Source of the DNA: Octopus bimaculoides
Taxonomy: Eukaryota
Assembly: GCF_001194135.2 (NCBI RefSeq)
Contig: NC_068990.1
Location: 89,029,228-89,084,887, forward strand
DNA length: 55,660 nt
Direction: 5' to 3'
Each line of letters opens with the position of its first letter. Position 1 is the stretch's first letter. Below are positions 1 through 9,539 of the stretch, piece after piece. The notes beneath the pieces were generated by a model. The model saw only the letters and a program-made list of their open reading frames with translations, was not told the origin of the DNA and did no database searches. The translations under genes and the position numbers were made by a program.

Positions 1-83
1 GAATAGCATATGGGAACCAGTATTGAGGAAGGATAGAAAAATAATAGATTTATAAGCCTTAAAATTCACCCCATAATTGCCCA

Positions 84-330
84 CGGGCATATGGCGTAGT
101 GGTTAAGAGCGCGGGCTACTAACCCCAAGGTTCCGAGTTCGATTCACGGCAGCGACCTGATTAATAATAGTAATAATAATATAATAATAATAACATCGTT
201 AGGAATGAGAACCCAGGTTCGAAATTTCCCCAAGACACCTAAAGAAGGCTGGAGGGTATATCAGCCGAAACGTTGTGTTGACAACAAACAAGATGAGGAC
301 AAATATCCGTCAAATGTAAATAATGTAAAT
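84..330 (+). mobile_element. Composite SINE-like element: tRNA-derived head, (TAA)n, then a Penelope-type terminal segment with a hammerhead fold
   Basis: Pol III box A TGGCGTAGTGG (92-102), box B GTTCGATTC (137-145), anticodon-like arm GGG-CTACTAA-CCC (113-125), (TAA)n at about 162-192, hammerhead-like motif at 234-279. Confidence 0.65.
234..279 (+). ncRNA. Minimal type I hammerhead ribozyme-like motif with a mutated core (probably inactive copy)
   Basis: Stem I GACAC(234-238)/GTGTT(275-279); core CTAAAGA (239-245; consensus CUGANGA); stem II GGCTG(247-251)/CAGCC(262-266); GAAA (267-270); palindromic ACGT stem III; GUU cleavage triplet ending at 274. Confidence 0.5.
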
Positions 331-1447
331 CATATATTGTTGTGACTTACATTATTGACAAATAATACATTGCTGGGTGGATGGGAGAAGGAATAATAAT
401 AATAACCTTATCACAGAAAGATAGATTTTTCAATGAAAGTGACTTAGCAAAATACGCGTAGATGTTATTTTTTGTTTGTTTTTGCATTTTGTTTTTTTTT
501 AATTTTATTTGTTATTCTAACTTTGTACTGACAGCAAGAGAAGTAGATATAAACAAAGAACTGAAATAAAATGAAACAATCGTGGTTGGCAAACAACTTA
601 GATTGAGCTTTGTTATTGAAAGCTGTAATGATGATGGTGGAGGTGATGGTGATGGTCATTGTGATGATGGTGGTGGTGAGTAGGTAACGAAAAGTGTAGT
701 ATTTTTTTATTTTAACTGAACTAATTTTTTTATATCGCTTCTGCATATGCACAAGTGCGGTTATTTACTGTCTGCTCGCTTGAAAATAGGTATTTGTTTA
801 TAAAATATGGATGACATATGATATAAGTTAACAACAGAAAGATTAAAACGGAATAAGCAATGATATAAAGAGAAACAGAGGGTCGAATCACTAAAACAAG
901 CACGGGATCATCATTGTGTTGAAGGGAAAATATGAATCAAAGAGTATAGAGTGAGTATTTACAAGAAATAAGGGAACGAGTTCAAGATAGAATATGAAAT
1001 AAAAATGAGAGAGAACGTCAAAAAACTGAAAGGTGCTTTTAAATAAAGATGATGCAGAATATACAATTTATAAAGGAATACTAAATTCTGTGACTCTATA
1101 TAAACTTATAATCATCAAAAGAATCTCATATTTACCATGGAGTTGCTACTGCAAGTATATATTTAACTAGCACCACCTTCAAATTCACAGTCATCACCAC
1201 CAACACTATCATCACCACCAACACTATCATCACCACCAACACTATCATCACCATCATCTCCATCGCTACTATAACCATCACTTCATCACCGTCACTACCA
1301 TTAATACAACTGCTATCATACCATCGTCATTATCATCACTCTTTCTATCTTCACCATCTCATTATTTCAGTGAGAGAAAGAGAGAAAGAGAGAGAGAGAA
1401 GCTGGAATGAGACGAAGATAAAGAAGTATGCGTTTAGTTATACTCAC

Positions 1448-1607
1448 AAATAAACAACTAATATCATCTGGGAATTCAGTGGCAAAAAATATCATAACTG
1501 CGGTATTGGTTGTAGCACAACCCAAAGATTCTAAAGCTCTCACAATGAAACTTAGTATGATGAACACCATATTATAAGAACCCTGGTTAGGGATGTATTT
1601 AAGCAAT
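1448..1607 (-). CDS. SLC18B1: Gene B coding exon 4 (160 nt)
   Basis: CATCAG|A TTG... to TTT|GTGAGT; LLKYIPNQGSYNMVFIILSFIVRALESLGCATTNTAVMIFFATEFPDDISCLF; 19/53 residues identical to gene A exon 4, including EFPDDIS. Confidence 0.9.
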
Positions 1608-4117
1608 CTGATGAGAGAGATATATACAAATATTAATAATGGTTTCTAACAACAGTGCAATTTTCATAGTGAGAACAGTCGAAAACAGGAAACTCGAGTA
1701 TATATTTTGTCAGTAAGAAAACAATAAAAGCAAATGAAATAGTAATAAAAATAAATATAATTATATTTTAGTCATGAGGAAAAGAAAAATTATATTTCGA
1801 ATTTAAGTTCTTTCTGTTTTTTAGTTTACCCAGTGGCTCCCTAGGGCCGGATTTATAGGGGTGTGGAGGGGGCAATTGCTCGGGCATCTTAGGTATTAGG
1901 GACCCCTGCTAGGAAAGGTATGTAACACTCAATACGGGAAGCCTCCCCCACCACCTTCCAGCAATCAGGCATGATGAGGCACACTCATTATACAAAAGTA
2001 TCTTGACTTCTAAAAAAATGTAATGGATTCTCTTTTATGATAAATACCCATAGATTTTTTCCACTTTAGAGATACCAAATAATTCAATTAAAAAAACTTT
2101 ACTAAATAATTCAATTAAAAAACAATTTATTGCCAGTCCCAAAGCACTTACAATTTCCGAGAAAATTGTAGCTGCTTTTGGAACAACAGAGAAAATGGAA
2201 AGACCAGAACACTCCTGAAAATGTATGTATGTATGTATGCATGCATGCGTGTATGTATGTATGTATGTATGTATGTATGTACGTATGTATGTATGTATGT
2301 ATGTATGTATGTATGTATGTATGTATGTATGTATGTATCTGTGAGTGTATGTGTGTTTGTGTAAGTATAAATGTATATAAAGAAATTTTCCTCAAATTTG
2401 ATATTTAACAAAATATCTGGATAATTTTTTGGCGAACAAGCTATGGTGAAGAAGCTATAAAAAATATTTTACGTTGAGATTTTAGATTTAGTTAGGTATC
2501 ATTAATTTCATATCGTATGCTATTTTTCCACAATCCTCTTTCATTTGACCAAGATATTTTAAATTTTGTTGCACATCTGATGTCTAAGAATGGCTGTATA
2601 CGCGTGTGACTTTTTTTTTAAACTTAACTCTGGAGAACTGGAAGGACATATTACTTTGTCTTGTCTTACCCATTTCCCCCCGCCTAAATTTGTCTTTTAT
2701 ATGCTCAAAGAGAACAGTGATAATTTTCTGAAATAGTGTTCTGAATATGTTGTAGGCTTTACTGCGTTTAGAGAAGATTTTTACTTCGCAAAAATAACAA
2801 ACAATACGACAATATGAAACAATTCTGAACAAATCTCACTTACCCCAAAAAAACTGTGTTCATGGCAGAAAATGCTGTTGCAACATATAAGATATGTCTT
2901 AATTCAAAATGATAGAGCTGTAAGAAATAAACAGACAAGACTTAGTTTCAATTGCGAATGAGTCCTGCTGATTTGTCAGCATATTTTAGAAAAAGATCCC
3001 ATCACTTTCAAATGAAACTTGGACAAATTTCTTCAAGGGATAACAGATAATCTGCCTACGCTCGAATACATGTCAGTCAACAGCAACTCTTAACTTGATT
3101 TTAAAATGACTTAACAAATCCTAACAGGTGGTACTACTAAAGTTAGATATGGCTTGGGCCAATATTTGGTCGAAGTATATCTAAGACATCTAAGTTATAT
3201 AGGAGATGCGATCCCTAAGTCTTCTGGTAGGTAGCGCCTCATTATAGTATGGGGCCGCCGCGTCGAAGGCTTCTTGGTTAGAGGAAAGGTTTGAAATCCT
3301 TTTGCTAATACCCTTTACCAGGTTCCTGAACACGATGGGTGGGCGACAGGATGCTGTGTTGGTGTATGTTTGCCTCTCGTTCGGTTTGTGGTAAGGCCTG
3401 TGAGTACCGGAGCCCAAGTCCAGCGTGACGTCTAAGAAGTACGCAGTGGTGAGGTTGGTTTCTAAGGTGATCTTCAACCCCATAGCGGCAAGCGTGCTGA
3501 TTAATTCCTTCCTAAGTCTATTTAGTGTGTGGCTGCTTGCTCCCTTAGAGATGACCAGGGCGTCATCTCTGTATAGGTCAAAGAAGACATAGGGGATCTT
3601 TTCCTAAGGGTATCCAGGATGTACAGCCTTATGAGGTCGCACATGTCGTAGGCTCCCATCGCTACGTCAAAGGAGCGTGTGGGGTCGGATTGCTTGACCC
3701 ATGCCGAACTTTTGTTAAATAGTACTGTCTTCCTGACAAGGATAATAATTTCTACATTTCTATCGCTAAAGCTAGTGAAGACCCTAGCGAAAGAAAGCGC
3801 TTTGGTCAGTAGCCCTTTTGATATAGACGCGTAAAAGTCGACTATATCAAATTGGGTGAAACTTGTCCTGCCTCTACCCTTGTTGACGTTAAACCATGCC
3901 TTCACTTCACTGGTGCTGCGTCAAAAGAAAGGGTTGGTGGCCCCTACATGAACGGGACGAAACGCTGCAAGCTATGCATAGCTGAACGCACGAGAATCCT
4001 AAAATTCGATAAAGAGAACCAGGCACTATACTTAACTCCAGAACGGAGATTTTCGGGCTATGTTTGCATTTTAGGAAATTTCTGTTGGCATTTTAGGAAC
4101 CGCAAGTTGGTAGCTAA

Positions 4118-4170
<53 letters not shown>

Positions 4171-7100
4171 AAAATTGAGTTGGCTTACCATTTTTTTGAC
4201 CATTTGTGGACCCAATACATTCATGAGTGGATAAACACCAAACAGCAAGCTGATTAAAGTATTGTTCATTCCATGACGTTTAGCCTGCAGGAAAAAAAAT
4301 ATCCATTTCGTTCATTAAATCTGATCAGTCATAGAAGTGTAAAGGTGCATTATTGTAGGGACAAGTCGACGTATTTTGTAGGAAGAATACAGTCGTTTAA
4401 CTGAGACCCTAGTGCTTGACTAGAACTGATTTTATTCATATCCATAGAATGAAAGACAAATTCCTCTACTAAAGACAGCCAATCTGTCTGCCTTTTTAAC
4501 ATACACCACTCTTTTCTTAATCCCAATAACAACTGCAACTGAGCAAGAGATTAAGCGAAGGTAAACCGAGTTCGTGACACGGTTTGCACTCTTAGTTGAT
4601 GTATTTCGCTTATCCCAACAAATGCTATTGAGAAAGGCTTAGGAGTTACATAATCTAATATTTTATAGTAAATTGACGATCATTCTCTCAAATCAAAAAT
4701 TAATATTTTCGTCATTAATCACAGGTGGAAAGCTACAAATCCGAAATCAAAAGATCATTCTAGGTCTTAGTTGCAGTGCCTTGAACGGTGGAGTTGTCAG
4801 AAATAGCACTCAATATTTAGTTATGTCTATTTAGGTTCTGTGTTCAAAGCTCACTTGTAATTGGCACAACTTTTCACCCATCCAGGGTTTCTATACAATA
4901 GATGTAATAGTTATATACTGAAGTCAACAGGGCCCAACCAAATAAGTTTCCCTTCAAGTTTAATCACTATAGTTTGTGTTTCGTTTGAAATCAATATTTC
5001 GTTTTTTTTAAATATGGTCATCACCACTGTATGAAATGTTTTCGGTTCCTGTCAGCGCGCTCCTGAGATTTAGGTTCAATTCCTAGTTGCGTCTATTTTA
5101 CTTTACTTCTCCAACATCGTTAATGTCCAAGAGAAGGACATAAATATCACTCTATTTTATATTTGTTCTGCTTTTAACTTTTCTAGCTGATGTTCGCTCG
5201 ATTCTCCCATAAAATTAGTAAACTTGTTTCAAATCTGCTTCATTTTAGTTTTTTTAATACATGTATAAAAATGTAAGAATGTTTAATTTAAGCCATAATA
5301 AACAGATGAAACATGTAAATCGCATACTAAAGTAGAATTTGACTCTTGTAGATCACGTTGGTTACGTAGATCGCATACCAAAGTAGCACCCAAAATTTAA
5401 TTTTGTTTTCTCTTTTTATACCTTTCATTTTCGCATTAATTCCTCCAAAACAAGAGTTGAACACATTGCTATAAGCTGTGGGAAAAAAAACATTTGTCAA
5501 CACTTGTGGTGCTGCTACTGATTCTAAATAGCATGAAGTTGCTTCCATTCTTGATAACTATTCTCAGCTTCCTGAAAAATAAACACTCCTAACCTCTCTT
5601 CAAGATCACAATCATCAATCTACAAAGTCTCATTGTGTTTGAATAGTTTCACAAGTATCCGGTTGGTTCGTAAGTATCGGTTGCAAATATTAGACTTAAT
5701 AAATCCGCGATCTATGGTGAAAATAGATTTTTATCAGTGTTAAGTGATTTCACAACACTGTGACCAACTGCTTCTGTGAATGTACGTTGAAAACTATTGT
5801 CTGATATGATATTTGGTGAGAATAAAATATATTGACCAAAGAACACAACAGTGTTGATCGAACCAGTGAGGGAGCTACATTCAGAACAACAATCTCTAAT
5901 GTGCCTGCGCCCTTTTAAAGTCGGACGCAATCGGTGAAGCTTCGGCTCGGCAACGGAATACGGTGATCGATTCAGCCAACTGTTGTACGCTCTCTCCTCG
6001 ATAGTTGTCAGAGAAGACTTCAAAGTGCAACGATCAACATGAGTGTAGTTGTTCCTTTGCAGCTGACAACGGTTTGGCCGTTCAGCGGGTACGACCTCAA
6101 CTACGAACATGAATGCGAGCTGAGAACGAAGCTTGGGCACCACCAGGAGCACGATCACGGCCATGAGCATGGCCACGAATACGGCCGAGAAGACGGCCGC
6201 GAAGGCGACCGCGAAGGCGACCGCGAAGGCGACCGCGAAGGCGACCGCGAAGGCGACCGCGAAGGCGACCGCGAAGGCGACCGCGAAGGCGACCGCGAAG
6301 GCGACCGCGAAGGCGACCGCGAAGATGGCCACAATCACAACGCCGAATGCCCGGTAGCTGGCGAGAAACGTATAGCACAAACATTCACACTCGCACTGGA
6401 ATTGTCGGCCGACATGCAGCTCGCCAACAAGCGGACTGAATCGGTGGAGCTTCCGCTAGGCGGGGGAGTACAGCGATCGATGAGGTTTCAGAGAAATTTG
6501 GAGTCATTTGTAGAGGGTCATGTGATCATAGATTATTGCGACTGAAATACATTTCACCATAGGTCTGCTGAATCAGGATTGACTTGGAGCTTGACTACGG
6601 CAGCAACAACTCAGTGCCGGTGATGGAACGTGAATAGCTCTCTTCTTCACTGGCTATTTCAGTTATTTAATCCCAGTTCAGCTCAGATTCGATAGAGCAA
6701 TGACCGAAAGTCTTTCAACCATTACCAACACACCTTTTTTTTCCAGACAGTGAGTCAAGAACTACATTATCCAAAACATCCTTTCTTGATGTTGTAATTA
6801 TTTTTGCTGTTGTTTAACCCCGGTTAATTCTTTGACGCAGTAGATCAAAACTGTTCTAACTGTAGCCATCACAGCTTTTATTCAGAAATGTTTTTTTTTT
6901 TCTGTCTGAATAAAAGATATAAGGATATCCAATATATCCTTACATCTTTTTTTCTCAAGATAATACGAGGGTCGGCTGAAAAGTTCATAGGCTGACCAAG
7001 ATACTCGCATGGAATGTGACCAAATGAGGTTTCTTCCATCAGTGTTACAGTGCTTGGATGCCATTGAAGAACCTTTCATCTGTTAGTCAAAAAAGTTGGC

Positions 7101-8657
7101 AGCAGCAGACATGACGTCGTCATCATTACTGCAATATTGGTTTCCAACCAAGTGCTTTTTTTTTTTCATATTGGGGAACAGATGATAAGTCAGATGGGGC
7201 CAAATCATAAGAATAAGAAAGCCGATCAACCAGGTCAAAGCCACAGTCACGTACAGCACCCATTGAAACCACGTACTTGTGTGCTGGAGCATTGACATGG
7301 GGAAGCAAGACCTCTTTCTTCAGTTTTTCTGGCTATTAGGTCTTGATAGCTTTTCGTAACTGCTTCAGCAAGTTGGCATAGTACTTTTCTTTGATGGTGT
7401 GGCCCTTTAGAAGACAGTCAATAAACACAATGCCTTTTGCATCCTCAAAATCTGATGCCATCATCTTCCCTGCAGATGAAACAACCTTGGCCATTTTAGG
7501 AACAGGTGAGGAGGGATGTTTTCACTGCACAGATTATCTCTCTGTCTCTGGCTCAAAGTAATGAAGCCAACACTCATACTGGGTTAGGAAACGTTTAAGA
7601 AAACCAGCTGGATCTGCCTCAAACAATGTCAGATTTTCCCGTGACGTGATCAGCCTGGTGTACTTTTGATCATGTGTCAGAAGACACTTCGTCCAACCAA
7701 GTCATACCAAGTTTTGTAGAATATTCTCAATTCTCTCACAGCATATGTTAATAGCATTGATTATTTGATTCATAGTTAATTACCTGTCATCCATCACCGT
7801 GTGGGGAACACGATCAATGTTTTCCTCAGTGGAGGCAGTTGCTAGACGTCCAGACCTTGGTTCATCTTCAAGAATGTCCCTTCTCCTCTTAAATTCAGCT
7901 GCTCCCTTTTGCACTGGTTGCTACATTAGGGGAGCATCATCCCCTAATGTAGCAACTATGTCAGCATGAATGCTGTTAGGGACAAAATCCTTTTCCTGCA
8001 GGTACTTGATAACACCACAATGCCAAATTGTGTCCATTTTCAAGAGAAGTTGCAACTAGTTACTTTTGAAGCAGTCAAATGTCTTGAGCTGTGGGGTGTC
8101 AGTTTATCCGGGAAAAAATAAAGCAGTTATTAAGAATTGAAATCAATGCATGCAAGATTTCACAACTCAAGCATCACGCCTTCATAGTTAGCCAATGAAC
8201 TTTTTTAGCCCACCCTCATAGAGTATGACTTCAGGCACTTGTGGTTACTATTAGTAATAGAACACCAGACCATATAAATATATGCATTTGGGGCAGGTTG
8301 TCCAGAATATCGACGACACATTCTTGACTGATTGTCCTGTACACTATAATTTCTGACATCGTCTTCATAGTCACTACTATTAAGAGAGAAAACACATTTA
8401 GGAGCAATTATTTAGAGAATGAATATACAGTGAGAGAATGAAGATATTTTAATAAGGTTACCTACCTCAACTGGATAGTTAACTTCTAGTAGAGGGAACA
8501 CCGAAGCAGATATCAAACGAGATAGCAACAGTGCCGTTATAAGCAATTTTTGTCGAGAAGCAATTTTCTTTGGTGAGTCAGATATTTCGTTGGTTGCTGA
8601 ATCATTATTGTCTGGTACCTCCTCCGGATTCCTCATGATCTCCATATTGCTACACAT
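1448..8657 (-). CDS. SLC18B1: Gene B: diverged SLC18B1-like MFS transporter, 5' part (4 coding exons; continues beyond the left edge)
   Basis: Exons 8657-8466, 4284-4189, 2917-2844 and 1607-1448 have GT-AG boundaries and splice in frame. Internal exon sizes (96, 74, 160 nt) and phases are identical to gene A exons 2-4. Confidence 0.85.
2221..2337. repeat. (TATG)n microsatellite
   Basis: Directly visible tetranucleotide array with a few interruptions. Confidence 0.95.
2844..2917 (-). CDS. SLC18B1: Gene B coding exon 3 (74 nt)
   Basis: TTTCTTACAG|CTC... to TTG GG|GTAAGT; LYHFELRHILYVATAFSAMNTVFLG; same size and phase (0 to 2) as gene A exon 3. Confidence 0.8.
3190..3916 (-). mobile_element. 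Penelope-like element, reverse transcriptase fragment (frameshifted)
   Basis: Motifs FDIVDFYASIS, FDVAMGAYD, YRDD, FLDVTLDL and PYHKPN, typical of Penelope RT, across ORFs 3522-3905 and 3190-3483. Confidence 0.9.
3918..4119 (+). mobile_element. Penelope-like element, C-terminal GIY-YIG region, inverted relative to the adjacent RT piece
   Basis: PYMNGTKRCKLCIAERTRIL matches the Cys-containing C-terminus of Penelope endonucleases; followed by (TA)n. Confidence 0.75.
4121..4168. repeat. (TA)24 microsatellite
   Basis: Directly visible. Confidence 0.95.
4189..4284 (-). CDS. SLC18B1: Gene B coding exon 2 (96 nt)
   Basis: TTTTCCTGCAG|GCT... to ATG|GTAAGC; AKRHGMNNTLISLLFGVYPLMNVLGPQMVKKM; same size and phase as gene A exon 2. 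Confidence 0.85.
5712..6545. other. GC/CpG-rich island with overlapping long open frames on both strands; product unknown
   Basis: Minus frame open from about 6460 to 5712 (about 250 codons, hydrophobic (AVAF)n stretch); plus ORF 6039-6545 (His-rich, then (REGD)n). No recognisable domain. Confidence 0.4.
6198..6317. repeat. Perfect 12-bp minisatellite (CGCGAAGGCGAC)x10
   Basis: Ten identical units counted; degenerate units with the same 12-nt period flank both sides. Confidence 0.95.
6966..8218 (-). mobile_element. Full-length decayed mariner transposon (about 1.25 kb)
   Basis: Imperfect TIRs (CGAGGGTCGGCTGAAAAGTTCAT on the left; reverse complement TGAGGGTGGGCTAAAAAAGTTCAT on the right), each flanked by TA. 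Transposase remnants GVIKYLQEK, EDEPRSGR and YSYDLAPSD (YSPDLAPSD motif) with stops and frameshifts. Confidence 0.92.
8466..8657 (-). CDS. SLC18B1: Gene B coding exon 1 (192 nt)
   Basis: ATG at 8657 (AAAAATGT); ends ...LEVNYPVE|GTAGGT at the position where gene A ends APFFPKE|GT. Confidence 0.8.
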
Positions 8658-8661
8658 TTTA

Positions 8662-8670
8662 CTCTCTGTT

Positions 8671-8747
<77 letters not shown>

Positions 8748-9150
8748 TTCTCACTCTCTCTCGTTCTCACTCTTTCTCTTTATCGCTCTCTCTCTCTCTC
8801 TGTCTCCCTCGTTCTTTCTTTTTCTCTTGCTCTGCCCCCTTCTTTCACTGTACCTCAATCATACTGTCTCTACTCACAGTCCCACTATTGCACTGTCCCC
8901 TTTCTCACTGTTCCCCTTTCTCACTCTCCTTCCCTCTCTGGCATTGAACTTTTCTGTTGTTGCATCCCCTTTCACTACCTCTCTCTCTCACTATTCCCAC
9001 ACTCACACTGTTCCCTTCTCTCACTGTCCTTTTCTCTCACTATCTTACTGTACCGTTCTTTCGCTGTTTGCTTCTTTCACTAACCCTCTCTTAATTCCCC
9101 CTCTCCCACTATAGCCTTACATGTCCTCCTCTCACTCCCACACTTACTCA
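8662..9150. repeat. (TC)n array followed by about 400 bp of pyrimidine-rich low-complexity sequence
   Basis: Near-pure TC at 8675-8741, then degenerate CACTGTTCCCCTTTCT-like units. Confidence 0.9.
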
Positions 9151-9399
9151 GCTTCCTTCATTGTCTCTCTGTACCAAAGAAATAAAAAAAATATTGAAAG
9201 ACTGTAAGACATACATAAATCAGTACATAGTTCTCATCAACAACAATAAAATCATGAACAGTAACAACAATCGAGAGAGATCCTATGTGATCGCTCACAT
9301 TGAAATAAAATATCCTTCAAATCATCATATAGAAAAAAGAATAGTTGTCTGTGGAATACTCAGCCACTTTGCACGGTAATCAATATATATAATATGCTA

Positions 9400-9436
<37 letters not shown>

Positions 9437-9539
9437 GCACCTATATATACAGGTAGATGTAGGTATGCACATATTTGTACGTATATATGCATATATTCAT
9501 TTATTATTTGTTTTATATATTTATATATATATATATATG

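Noticed and set aside
84-160. Functional tRNA gene (anticodon ACT)
   Set aside because: No clear acceptor stem, no long variable arm as expected for tRNA-Ser, atypical anticodon, and it is fused to (TAA)n and a repeat body; better read as a SINE head.
1-1447. Further gene B exons (expected 69-nt GxxETxxGxG...GP exon)
   Set aside because: Several AG...GT segments were translated by eye, but none resembled exons 5-6 of gene A; the exon probably lies outside the window, though a very diverged one could have been missed.
2111-2411. ORFs with HTYI, YIHT and MYVC repeats
   Set aside because: Stop-free translations of the (TATG)n microsatellite; the same applies to similar ORFs at 21055-21473, 26343-26666, 29566-29957 and 43610-44351.
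6198-6317. CRISPR-like array
   Set aside because: Units are contiguous 12-mers with no unique spacers, and there are no cas-like ORFs.
8590-9114. 174-aa Ser/Leu-rich ORF
   Set aside because: Translation of the (TC)n and pyrimidine tract; TTG start; antisense to gene B exon 1.
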